Source of the DNA: Clostridiales bacterium
GTDB taxonomy: Bacteria > Bacillota > Clostridia > Christensenellales > UBA1242
DNA: 64,000 nucleotides
Direction: 5' to 3'
Assembly: GCA_015055815.1 (NCBI GenBank)
Contig: SVHM01000004.1
Location: 12,025 to 76,024 of the forward strand
Part shown: piece by piece, positions 20,001 to 28,790 of the stretch
Numbering within the stretch: position 1 is the first letter of the stretch
Layout: each line of letters begins with the position of its first letter
Notes under the pieces: generated by a model
Told to the model about the DNA's origin: nothing
What the model saw: only the letters and a program-made list of their open reading frames with translations
Database searches by the model: none
Translations under genes and position numbers: made by a program

Positions 20001-22105
20001 ATTCCATTATATGCCCCTACGCCACCTGCACTTCCAACAATACTGCCATAAGCATTAATATAGGCATTAACACTTTTTACCCTTTCTTCTTTTTGGGCTT
20101 TCTTAACCGACTCTCTAACCTTGTTTTCTTCCAAGATTTTTTGGTGGCTTTCATCACTTATTTTAGCTGCAGTCTTTTCAATAATTTTATCTACGTCTGA
20201 AAGTTTATCAGTCTTTTTATCGAACTGTTCGCCTTCTTTATGTTTTATCCAAGAAACAGCCTTACCCTTATCAAATGTAACTACTAGTTCTGGAACTGAA
20301 GATAATGTCTGTCTAATAATTTCAACTTTATCTTCCATAGAAAGTTGTCTATTTTCGTCTTTTGCCTTATCAACAGCTTTATCAATATTCATCTTAACAA
20401 TTTCTTTTTGAGACTTAGCGTTAAGAAGAAGTATTCTAAAGTTATTTTTTGATTTCAAAAGAGTATTTTTTGCATCTTTATATTCAGTGTTACCAATCTT
20501 CTGAGTTAGTTCGTCAATTTGAGATTGATAATAAGCAATTTGTTGATCACTGTCTTTGCCTTTATCAATAGCAATTCTATCAATCAAATCTTCATAGTTT
20601 TTCTTCTTTGTGATATATTCTTTTTGGTCGTCTTGTTGAAGCAAGAAGATTTTTTCTTTTCTTAAATAATCAACAGTATAATTATCGATAATATCTTGAA
20701 CAAACACTCTCATTTCAAGAAGTATTCCATGCATTGAGTTTATAAGTCTAAATGCTTGGTCTTCAAGTTTTTCAACCTTTGCTTTGTTTACATTGATATC
20801 GCTCAAATCAATATTAAGACCAAAGTCTCTAGATATATCGCTTGCCCTATAATCACTAATACTTAATTGTTCATTAGACAAAATCTCCTGTCCATTAAGT
20901 AATTCTTCAAACATTTCACCAATGACAAGTCTTTTAGCTTGTTGCTTGATATGAATTTTATTTGTCAAATCATCTTTGTTTTCTTTATTGGCATAATAAT
21001 CAGAATAGTATAGTTTTTGGAAATCTTTCCATTCCTTTGCATTTCTACTATATCTTTTGATTACTTCTCTGAAGTATGCCTTGGCACTCTTTGTGTTTGC
21101 CATCTTACCAAATATCTCATCAAGTTCAACAGCCGATCTAGTATTTAAACCCAAACCTTTTTCTGCTTCATTGATATAAGATATAAATACTTGACCTGGA
21201 GTTATAAACTTTCTATTTTCAATAGGCCTATTCAAAAACTCATCAACAAATCTATGACAACTATCTTTTGAAAGTCCAAAAGTTTTTTCTTGTTCACCAA
21301 GGAAATACTTAATTCCGTTTGAGTTTGTGCCCTTTATTGAATAATGACCATAGTCATCTTTATCAACAACAAGTCCAACATAAGCAAGTGCTGAAACAAT
21401 ATCAAAGTCTTGTTCTTCTTTATTCTTCTTAATTTCAGACTCAATACCCGCTTGAGATGGTATTTCTTCGTAACCTTCTGTACAAACATCTTCAAAAAGT
21501 TTAGTTGCATTTTTTATATTAAGAACTTGGATGCTATCGTATGAATTAAGAATTGGCAAATACTTAGCAAGAACAATGTTGTATACAACAACTTTCTCTA
21601 TCTCTAAACCTACTTGTTCTGGAGTTGCTCTTAATGCTTTCATCTTATCGATTTTTCTCAAAACTTTTGCTCTGTAATTAAGAATACGGATAACAATGCC
21701 AAGCACTTTCTCACTACAACCTTCAACTTCATACACTTCATCTGGAATATCAATGTATTCTTTTTCATCAATGTACTCAATGTTTGGTTGATATTCTTCT
21801 TCCACAACTTCCATAGTAAGATTTTCTTCAGTTTCAGTAGCAGGAGTTTCTTGAGCTATCTTTTTCTTTCTCTTTTTCTCTGCTATCTCATCAATCCTAC
21901 TAAGTGTGTTTAAATCGTACTGAGCCAAGTGGTAATTAATAAGAGCCACAAGTTGAGCTTTGTCTTTTGGCCAACAAACAAGCGGGCTATCCAATTTCAA
22001 ATTATGAAGTATCCCTAGTTTATATTTCCTACTCGACTTTGAGCCATCACTATGACTATAAAATTTTAGTAATTGTCCATTTCCATTTTTCATTAATACT
22101 GACAC
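17048..22105 (-). CDS. Giant hypothetical protein B (~1685 aa), candidate T4SS substrate or accessory protein
   Basis: 5 kb ORF; AAGGAG 7 nt before GTG at 22105 (ATG at 22093 is an alternative); coiled coils and a central P/Y/Q then V/A/P/T low-complexity tract; no signal peptide or TM seen. Confidence 0.85.
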   Translation of the reverse strand: MSVLMKNGNGQLLKFYSHSDGSKSSRKYKLGILHNLKLDSPLVCWPKDKAQLVALINYHLAQYDLNTLSRIDEIAEKKRKKKIAQETPATETEENLTMEVVEEEYQPNIEYIDEKEYIDIPDEVYEVEGCSEKVLGIVIRILNYRAKVLRKIDKMKALRATPEQVGLEIEKVVVYNIVLAKYLPILNSYDSIQVLNIKNATKLFEDVCTEGYEEIPSQAGIESEIKKNKEEQDFDIVSALAYVGLVVDKDDYGHYSIKGTNSNGIKYFLGEQEKTFGLSKDSCHRFVDEFLNRPIENRKFITPGQVFISYINEAEKGLGLNTRSAVELDEIFGKMANTKSAKAYFREVIKRYSRNAKEWKDFQKLYYSDYYANKENKDDLTNKIHIKQQAKRLVIGEMFEELLNGQEILSNEQLSISDYRASDISRDFGLNIDLSDINVNKAKVEKLEDQAFRLINSMHGILLEMRVFVQDIIDNYTVDYLRKEKIFLLQQDDQKEYITKKKNYEDLIDRIAIDKGKDSDQQIAYYQSQIDELTQKIGNTEYKDAKNTLLKSKNNFRILLLNAKSQKEIVKMNIDKAVDKAKDENRQLSMEDKVEIIRQTLSSVPELVVTFDKGKAVSWIKHKEGEQFDKKTDKLSDVDKIIEKTAAKISDESHQKILEENKVRESVKKAQKEERVKSVNAYINAYGSIVGSAGGVGAYNGMPMPNIPQNYGNVASPTIPLGGPTFGINAPYPQNPYPSQPYPQGYPVQQPIPQAPMRSPLGGGASIVRPVAPVAPVATPIASSVSSNVIASTPTPVASAPVQTVAPAPVVSATPTQVVSTPVVASTPVVVAPATPVVSGGSSQVNTNNSKNNNEEYQNFDFVSDNVEPCIIPYIVGYEDKGVTVYGNAMEGYATYDRYKFLLTTDNNVLYTYIDGKKAQIQTPEQIINDIHIRYVKVAMKKSGFATLDSNLTKFDYTGDVRKFLAQYIPQNIIDTIIEDYKELIDTIDYNLLKDLIEHRFAGDLENYIPDNVKDNVMSSATIIATVAKAIMTDGSVRRTFEAYSSKMKQSYINSLIAKIESGEIPKVSLSSDEAYERMGDYLSFSIKAQNVIIQNEDEKENGFDTYPRAIFFRQKNCADKRLKSGKNLSFEQNEMLTTGNQADLSGNKVVNLFGILYKFNGAYNKLLLKLKPFTLNSGVKFMENLIDALSQTIDIKATVLVDETKKPVTNLVKFASKEKEKKEISAEDITYDYEDDKWFVRRGFVLDKSRIKEYYFLMAFGFKYGLEPGKTQLKEDFYQDGLLSLNKINEKFNDFPEDSISIITQVIRNVMMSKCERVVDYIAHVNNEFNGHFNKVLYINKTIWESNSFDKKTKEEKVDALDILETDFNTKSEDLVNPHPEIYASIEDIEAYQTLYLYYALFELFEKMSQDERIVSESLSTYYADYKKKLRSQLLAKIRDKIQVNGYEREIAKYFELNLEKIVDLEEYRAEAEDEEENTTLKEKVRIQNIDVIFRGIQEGFNKAIKNETNAIVLSEMEEVGKLLEFVGELPNKKNPEKDLEIALPNNQSIVCNIKGFMQQYLFRYIVDKDHELGPFAYVVSELCQHEELVDVVKNIEIVADRLNVAELGINLFASFSSITETDKGHVFKIGDNISTVLETINRLKTPTDMQKALNRDIFYKEGVLTVQRCFEDYFNKKKLEQVE
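19560..20050 (-). repeat. Low-complexity Pro-rich coding tract with degenerate repeats
   Basis: PYPQNPYPSQPYPQGYPVQQP followed by repeated (A/T)PVV(A/S) units; locally GC-richer. Confidence 0.8.
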
Positions 22106-22203
22106 AATAACACTCCTTAAAAAACCTATCAAATTTTTTAAATTGAAATAATTTTTTCCTATTTTAAATTAAATTTATTTAATTTACATACTCTTACAAA
22201 ATT

Positions 22204-22232
22204 ATTTTACCACATTAGATATTAATTTACAA
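22204..22232 (-). promoter_or_regulatory. Putative sigma-A promoter of giant gene B
   Basis: Minus-strand TTGTAA-17-TAAAAT with extended TG. Confidence 0.5.
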
Positions 22233-22284
22233 ATTTTTTAACTTAATAATTGCAGTAATATCAATATTTTTTGAGTAAAAAAAG

Positions 22285-22318
22285 AAAAAATCTTAAAGCT
22301 TTCACTTTAAGATTTTCT
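22285..22318 (-). terminator. Terminator after virB4
   Basis: AAAATCTTAAAG-ctttca-CTTTAAGATTTT, with a long A-run giving the U-tract on the minus strand. Confidence 0.75.
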
Positions 22319-22321
22319 AGA

Positions 22322-25000
22322 TTAATGTCCGACACCCTTTAAATAATCTGGGTTATTAAATAATTCTCTTGCGACATTCAAAGCTTCTATTTGAACGGTA
22401 GTTCTGTTCATTGGTCCAGTAATCAAGAATACCTGACCACGTCTTGCAGTTACAATTGAGTTCTGCTCTTCTTTGTTAATACCACCCGCATTACGATAAA
22501 GGGTTATAAGGTCGTTAATATCGGCTGGAGCAAGTGACAAAATCAAAGAATATTGACAGGCATTAATAATAGCAGTAGATTGCTGAGCAATCTCTTCAGA
22601 ACCAACGAAGTCTTTGATGTTCTGTGTAATGATTATCTGCATTCCGTTATATTTTCTTATACGTTTTGCCATCTGCGCCATAAAGTCAAGCGCTATAGGA
22701 TATTTTTTGTTAATAAATACGTGCGCTTCGTCAACTGCAACGATAACACGTCTATGGTCTTCTTCTAGTTCCTTATCAGCAAAATACTTAAGGTTAAAGT
22801 CTCTGTTTTTAATAATTTCAGAGTCCAAATATTTAAATACTAGAAGCATCTGTGCGTTTGTAATAGTATCATTACGGTTAGAAACCAGTGTTCTAAACGA
22901 GAAACATATAAAGTTTTCGTTTGTTACAATTGAGTTGTAACCATTCCAAAGGTTTGAGTTACGACCACCAGAACCGAATTTCTCAATGAACATTCTAACA
23001 ACTTGTAAATTTTTTAAATGATAGTCATTTTTTTCCGCTTCTATCTTTTTATCAACAAGTGCAATCAAATCGTCAAATGTTGGAAAATCTGTCGGAAGTA
23101 AGTCAGGAATTGATGTTGCTGGGGTAATATTCATAGAATAATAAAGCTCAGCAATAACGGCATTTAACATTTCAAATGCGTCTGTTGTAATTCCCGGCAA
23201 AATCAGTCTAAAGAACTGCTCCATAAACTGCAAGTGGGCACCGAATGTATCGCTCGATTCACCTTCTTCGTCTTCCAGTGTTGCATATATGTGGAATGGA
23301 TTAAAGATACCGTTTGTTGAGTTACCAACGTCGATAATCTTTCCACCCAAGTTCTGGCACAATATCTCATACTCGTTCTCGGGGTCGAGAATGAATATAC
23401 GAGTATTATCCGCTGCAAAGTTTGTAAGAAGTGTCTTCGTACAATAAGATTTACCCGCACCAGATTTACCTATAATCATCATGTTACTATTAACTCTTTC
23501 GTTGTTACGAGCAAAGAAATTTGTAAACACAGGATACTGGTTGTATCCAATATAAATTCCCCTTTCGTCGTGCAAAGTAGTAGATACAAATGGGAAACTT
23601 GCAGCAAGAGATGATGTTTGTATTCCCCTTCCATACATCTTTTGAAGTTTATCAAGACGTGAAATATTACTCGAAATAAAGCCATCAACTTGTCTTGCAA
23701 AGTTTTCAGAAAATTTATAACCGTTCTGTCTAAGCACTGCCCTTACTTCTTTCTTAACCGCTTCTCTAGCAACGATATGAATTGTGGTATTATAAAGGTT
23801 TTCGTTTGCACCTTTAATACCTTTAAGTAATTCTTTTAATGTTTCAACGTGGTTTTGTGCGTCAATTTTTTCAGATGACCTAAGGTCTTTTTTAAGCCTA
23901 ATTTCCATCTCCATCAAAGATTTATCCAAGTCTTTTTCAGCCTTGTATTTATCGATAGGAGAAATATTCACAACTACTCTACTTTCATCTAACGCAAATA
24001 ATGGATATGCCCATGCATTAGGAACTTCAATTGGGTAGTCTGTTATTGTAAAAATTCTAAAGTTTTCGCCGTCAATTTTCGTATTTCTTAAGTTAAATCT
24101 AACATCATCAGGATATGTCCAAGCTGCTTTTTCTTTAACATTAAGAAGTTCAATTTCTCTTTCATCAAAGTCGGTACAGAATGTACTTTTCATAAATACA
24201 TAAAGTCCGTCACCTTGAATAATTTTTGTAAATATTGGAGTCGCACTACTCTCTAAGGATGCAACAACACCATTAACTGTATTATTTAAAGCATCTCTAT
24301 CTGTATCATAAATAACCATGTAGAAATGGTCTTTAATAATCTTTTCTTGGTGGTTCATAAAGTTAATTGCTTGCAATCTTTCTTCAAAAACCGGTGCCCT
24401 ACTATCTAGTTCTGCAGGAGTATAAAGTCCCCTTTCGTGCATATCGTTCATAGTATTATAACGATAGTCTTCATACTTCGCCATGTCATCTAGAAGCATA
24501 GGCTTTCTTGTCTTAATAATAGTACAGTTTTGAGATAAGTTAAGTCTCTGAATAGCATTAGCAAAACTATCAATAGTCATGTTCTGTCTTTCTTCAGTTA
24601 GAAGTCCAAATGACATAGGGAAAATTTCAATAACTGATGCGTAATAATCGCCAAATTTCAGGAAGTTTTCCATATTAATATCGTCAAATGGCATGATGTT
24701 TTTTATATTAGCATTACCTTTTAATTTCTTTGAATAATGTTTGTGGTATGCCATATACTTAAACGTCAAAACTATTCCATAGTATAATCTAATTCCTTCA
24801 CTCATTTCAAGCAACAACATTGCCCATGCACCAGCAAAAAACATTGCCAGGTACAAGTTATATACCCAGTATTCAAATAAGTTAGTTGTAGCTAGCAATA
24901 TTGTTAGCCCTACGCCAATAAGAATAAGTATACAGTCAAAAACTGTAAAGTTCCTAAATAACGTAGTTTTTACTTTCGTTTTTCTCGGAATAAATCTCAT
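22322..25000 (-). CDS. virB4: VirB4-family T4SS ATPase with fused N-terminal PrgI/VirB3-like membrane module
   Basis: Walker A GKSGAGKS, LDPENEY, FNPF, Walker B VAVDEAH, RIRKYNG, ITQN; N-terminus IPRKTKVKTTLF plus two TM helices; AGGAG 7 nt before ATG at 25000. Confidence 0.92.
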   Translation of the reverse strand: MRFIPRKTKVKTTLFRNFTVFDCILILIGVGLTILLATTNLFEYWVYNLYLAMFFAGAWAMLLLEMSEGIRLYYGIVLTFKYMAYHKHYSKKLKGNANIKNIMPFDDINMENFLKFGDYYASVIEIFPMSFGLLTEERQNMTIDSFANAIQRLNLSQNCTIIKTRKPMLLDDMAKYEDYRYNTMNDMHERGLYTPAELDSRAPVFEERLQAINFMNHQEKIIKDHFYMVIYDTDRDALNNTVNGVVASLESSATPIFTKIIQGDGLYVFMKSTFCTDFDEREIELLNVKEKAAWTYPDDVRFNLRNTKIDGENFRIFTITDYPIEVPNAWAYPLFALDESRVVVNISPIDKYKAEKDLDKSLMEMEIRLKKDLRSSEKIDAQNHVETLKELLKGIKGANENLYNTTIHIVAREAVKKEVRAVLRQNGYKFSENFARQVDGFISSNISRLDKLQKMYGRGIQTSSLAASFPFVSTTLHDERGIYIGYNQYPVFTNFFARNNERVNSNMMIIGKSGAGKSYCTKTLLTNFAADNTRIFILDPENEYEILCQNLGGKIIDVGNSTNGIFNPFHIYATLEDEEGESSDTFGAHLQFMEQFFRLILPGITTDAFEMLNAVIAELYYSMNITPATSIPDLLPTDFPTFDDLIALVDKKIEAEKNDYHLKNLQVVRMFIEKFGSGGRNSNLWNGYNSIVTNENFICFSFRTLVSNRNDTITNAQMLLVFKYLDSEIIKNRDFNLKYFADKELEEDHRRVIVAVDEAHVFINKKYPIALDFMAQMAKRIRKYNGMQIIITQNIKDFVGSEEIAQQSTAIINACQYSLILSLAPADINDLITLYRNAGGINKEEQNSIVTARRGQVFLITGPMNRTTVQIEALNVARELFNNPDYLKGVGH

Positions 25001-25089
25001 TTTCATTCTCCTAAAATTCATCCCTAGGCAAGTTTACCTTGCCTAGTTCCGAATGTCTTTGCAAAGATTATACCTTTGCAGTGTTTATC

Positions 25090-27765
25090 TTACTTTCCAC
25101 CCATGTTTTTAAGTTTAGTATCAATAGCTTTAAGAATTTCATCAAGAAGTTTCTTATTACCAGCAGAGCCTTCTGCTTGTAATACTTTAGTGATTTCATC
25201 GATAATTGCTTTCTTATCCATACCTTTAGTTTTAGCCATAGCAGCTTCCAATGAAGTTGTATCAAGCTTAACTTCAACTTTACCATCAACCCCAATGCTA
25301 GTTCCATTTTCTCTCATTTTATCAGTTAAACCAAACATCGCATTTCTAAGTTGTGGTAAATATTCTCTATCATATTGACGTCCATCATAAGTTCCCTTAC
25401 CTTTGGATTCAACATCTGTTATACATTTTTGTAGTTCTTTTATTTGATCGGCAATCTTTTGTCCACTAACTCTCATTTCAGCTTTCTGAGCATTGATAGC
25501 CTCTATCATAGCATCATTAATAAGTGAATACTGTATATCATTTCTAGCATCAATAGTTGATTTGTGTGTAGCGTTGTATCTAGCTTTCTTGCCATCTTTT
25601 CTTTCATCCATAACAGAAGCTAAAGCGGCTTCACCTTCTTCACTATACGAAGCACCTGCCTTCTCAGTTTTTTGCCAACTTTCCCAAGCATCAAAAGCTC
25701 CTCCAATTGGGGTTGACTTTAACAATTCCCTTCCTCTTTCAATTAAAGCACCTTTAGCAACCTGCTGTCTTGCTAGTTTCTTTTCTCTCGAAGCAGATGC
25801 CACATCACTTGCTTCTTTTAAAGTCTTTGCCTCATCAGTTTTTCCGCTCAAGAAACTCTCAGCAGCATCTCTTTTTTCTTGAGCCTCCTTCAATCCATCT
25901 CTATGCTTATTTAAAGCACTTGGAATATCAACCGATTTATTATCTTCCTTCCATTTTTGCAAAAAAGCCTTTTCATCATCAGTTCTCTTATTACCTTTTT
26001 TGGCAGTTATTGAATTTGCCTTTTCATAATCATCAATCCAACCCTGATGTTCTGCAATACTATCTTCAGCTTCAGTTGATGCTGTTTGATATTCTTCTTT
26101 TTTACTTTGATATGCCAATTCGGCATTCGATGCTTTATGACCAGACATCTCTTGCAATCCCTCTCCGAACGACTTTAATCCATTTCCAACAGTTTGTCTA
26201 AATTGATTAAATTTTGATACCTTTTTACCTGCCTGCACAGCCTTTCCTGCCGCAGAAGCACCTTTTAGCGCCATTGACCCACCCATTTTAGCAGCCAATC
26301 CACCAACTGCAGCAGTACCAGCCCCAGCAGTCATTATTCCAGCACCGATTGCTAAAGCTGCTGTAGTAGCTGTAGATACTGCCTTTTTTGCAGTATCACC
26401 AACTTCTTTAGATATGGCTTTACCACTAGACATAGCATCCTCAGCACCTAAATAACCGCTGAAATCTTTAGACCATTTTTCTATCATTAGACATCCGCCA
26501 ATAACTAAAATAAGCCTTAAAATATCATCCATAACATCTATACCAAATGAATATCCGGCATCCCAAAAGTGCCCTTTAAAATCTATATCAATTGACATAA
26601 GTAATGAATTTATTGTAAAAAATAAGTTCATAGCAATTACAACACCATATGCCGATATCGCTTTACCCACAAACGAAGTTCTCCACTTACCTAAATTATC
26701 AGTTACTGGAGACATTCCAATAACTAAAGGCGCCATAATAAACAATGCCGTACAATAATACAACCTAATTACCATTCCAAAACAAACATTAACTAAACAT
26801 TTTATTATTATAGCACCACCTACTATTAAAAACACGTAATTCACTTCGATTAAGTTATAGTAAAGTGAAGCTTGAAACATATTAGTACACGAAAACCCTT
26901 GTTCACCATTAATAAAATTTTGATCTATAACATCATAATCATCTTCAATCTCAAGACCGACTATATTTTCTAATACAAAATCTTCAACCTCTTGTAAATT
27001 AAATACAATTCCTATTAAATCTGTAATATCAGTTTCATAATCGCCCGAAATTTCATTAACAACACCTTCATACATTTGCATGCCTCCGTAAGCCATGCCC
27101 AAATAGATCATAGTGTACGGATCTCCCGGGAATATACAACGAATGTCATTTTCATCATATTTTGCATTGTAGGCCGACGCCACAAATAACGCTCCCGATA
27201 TAGATGCCTTACTACTATTTCCAGTTGTTGCCGTATCAAGAAGTCCTAAAATTTCATTTCCAATAAATACGCCAAAAATACAAAGAATTGGTATAAGCAT
27301 TAAGTTACAAAGACCTTTAAATGTTTTTTCTAGAATTGGTCCTTTAGCATTTTTTGCCCCTTCAGTAGTATATTCAACTCTAATAATTTGAAATACTGTT
27401 GTCATAACAAGTAAGAATACTCCCACTATACACATAGCAAGAAAAGCTTCTTGAACAACATTATGTCTAATAAGTTGAATCAAAAGATCGCCTTCTCCAC
27501 CCCCATCTAACGTCATTGTCATTCCTTCTACATCTAAGCCTGCGAGCAACCTAAATAAAACTTCAACAAATTCAATTAATGACATCAACATTGCAGAAAT
27601 ATAATATAAACTAGATGCCAACACCGCTTTAAGAAGTCCAATAATAGCAACTACTAACACCTTAATTACACGTCCCAACAAGCCTGATATAGCAGGCACA
27701 GCCTCATTCGAGAACCAATCTATAAGTGGTGTAAGAAAACTTGCCAACATCATTCCAATTCCCAT
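25090..27765 (-). CDS. Extended VirB6/TrbL-like polytopic membrane protein
   Basis: Multiple TM helices in the N-terminal half with a VirB6-like segment (RLYYCTALFIMAPLVIG..W), Gly/Ala-rich linker, long charged C-terminal tail; lies between pilins and virB4. Confidence 0.75.
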   Translation of the reverse strand: MGIGMMLASFLTPLIDWFSNEAVPAISGLLGRVIKVLVVAIIGLLKAVLASSLYYISAMLMSLIEFVEVLFRLLAGLDVEGMTMTLDGGGEGDLLIQLIRHNVVQEAFLAMCIVGVFLLVMTTVFQIIRVEYTTEGAKNAKGPILEKTFKGLCNLMLIPILCIFGVFIGNEILGLLDTATTGNSSKASISGALFVASAYNAKYDENDIRCIFPGDPYTMIYLGMAYGGMQMYEGVVNEISGDYETDITDLIGIVFNLQEVEDFVLENIVGLEIEDDYDVIDQNFINGEQGFSCTNMFQASLYYNLIEVNYVFLIVGGAIIIKCLVNVCFGMVIRLYYCTALFIMAPLVIGMSPVTDNLGKWRTSFVGKAISAYGVVIAMNLFFTINSLLMSIDIDFKGHFWDAGYSFGIDVMDDILRLILVIGGCLMIEKWSKDFSGYLGAEDAMSSGKAISKEVGDTAKKAVSTATTAALAIGAGIMTAGAGTAAVGGLAAKMGGSMALKGASAAGKAVQAGKKVSKFNQFRQTVGNGLKSFGEGLQEMSGHKASNAELAYQSKKEEYQTASTEAEDSIAEHQGWIDDYEKANSITAKKGNKRTDDEKAFLQKWKEDNKSVDIPSALNKHRDGLKEAQEKRDAAESFLSGKTDEAKTLKEASDVASASREKKLARQQVAKGALIERGRELLKSTPIGGAFDAWESWQKTEKAGASYSEEGEAALASVMDERKDGKKARYNATHKSTIDARNDIQYSLINDAMIEAINAQKAEMRVSGQKIADQIKELQKCITDVESKGKGTYDGRQYDREYLPQLRNAMFGLTDKMRENGTSIGVDGKVEVKLDTTSLEAAMAKTKGMDKKAIIDEITKVLQAEGSAGNKKLLDEILKAIDTKLKNMGGK

Positions 27766-28080
27766 TTTCCATCTCCTATAAAAAATCATTTTCATGATAA
27801 TTTTTTAAATTAAGACAACTGCCACAAAAGGCAATTTTTTAGTGCAATTTTTTACTCTAAAAAACAACACTCTAACATATACTAATATCTTACCCCATTT
27901 CGACAAAAAAAACAAATAAAATTAATAATATTTATTATATTTATATAAATATATTTAACTACAAATATTTTTTACAATTATTTTATTATATTTTTATCTA
28001 TATTTTTATCAAAAAAAATTATTATAAAAACGTAATCTCAAAATGAATTATACATTTTGTTATATATTTATAAAACTCAA

Positions 28081-28108
28081 AAAAAATGGCGATTATTCGC
28101 CATTTTTT
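28081..28108 (-). terminator. Terminator after pilin 1
   Basis: AAAAAATGGCGA-ttat-TCGCCATTTTTT. Confidence 0.85.
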
Positions 28109-28427
28109 ATTCAGCTTCAGCCGCATAACCAAACATTTGAACAAAGCCTGCCCAATCAACAAAAGTACAAATTGCCGAAAGACCCAAAATCAACAGAACA
28201 CCCACCGCCAAGTTCACAATTCTCTTCTTAACTTCAGCCCTTTTGTCATCACTTTCTGACCTAGCATATTGTACTCCAAGGACTATAATATATATAGCCC
28301 CTGCACCACCAAGCGCTATAAGAATTGGACCTACAATTGTAGACAAAATTGTTTTAATTTGACCACCCAATTCTTCTAGTTTTGTATTTGCCAATAGTCT
28401 TGACATAGTCATTAATAATTTATTCAT
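28107..28427 (-). CDS. VirB2/TrbC-like pilin 1 (106 aa)
   Basis: Short leader, two hydrophobic helices separated by a charged loop (YARSESDDKRAEVKKR); GGAG RBS; T4SS context. Confidence 0.8.
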   Translation of the reverse strand: MNKLLMTMSRLLANTKLEELGGQIKTILSTIVGPILIALGGAGAIYIIVLGVQYARSESDDKRAEVKKRIVNLAVGVLLILGLSAICTFVDWAGFVQMFGYAAEAE

Positions 28428-28754
28428 AATTTCTCCATTTGATGGTCTTTATCTTCAAAAAACCATATCTATATACAATACTTTAGTATATATTAACACA
28501 AAAAAGTCTCTCTCTCCAAATAATTTTGACCCAATTGAAGAAATTTTATTAACTATTCACAATGAATATTCAGTTTTATATAATACAATTTACATTTATT
28601 ATTATCTCTCGTTATTATCTTACACATATTTTACCTAATGAAAACACTATTTGAAAATAAATCAACCATTCTTCCAACTTAACAATTTTCATTTAACTTG
28701 AGTATGTTGTTACCTTTCAATTAAAACATAAAAACATAATAATTTCAAAAAAAG

Positions 28755-28783
28755 AAAAACCCCACTTGATTGTGGGGTTTTTT
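28755..28783 (-). terminator. Terminator after pilin 2
   Basis: AAAAACCCCAC-ttgatt-GTGGGGTTTTT. Confidence 0.88.
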
Positions 28784-28790
28784 ATACTTA

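Noticed and set aside
12872-22105. Giant ORFs as adhesins, S-layer, SMC or tape-measure proteins
   Set aside because: No signal peptide, LPxTG, SLH, beta-rich repeats, Walker motifs or phage context seen
12487-22232. ATCTAA in the spacer of three minus-strand promoters (12500-12505, 17021-17026, 22215-22220)
   Set aside because: An AT-rich hexamer with variable offset from the -10 box (7, 6 and 5 nt); likely chance
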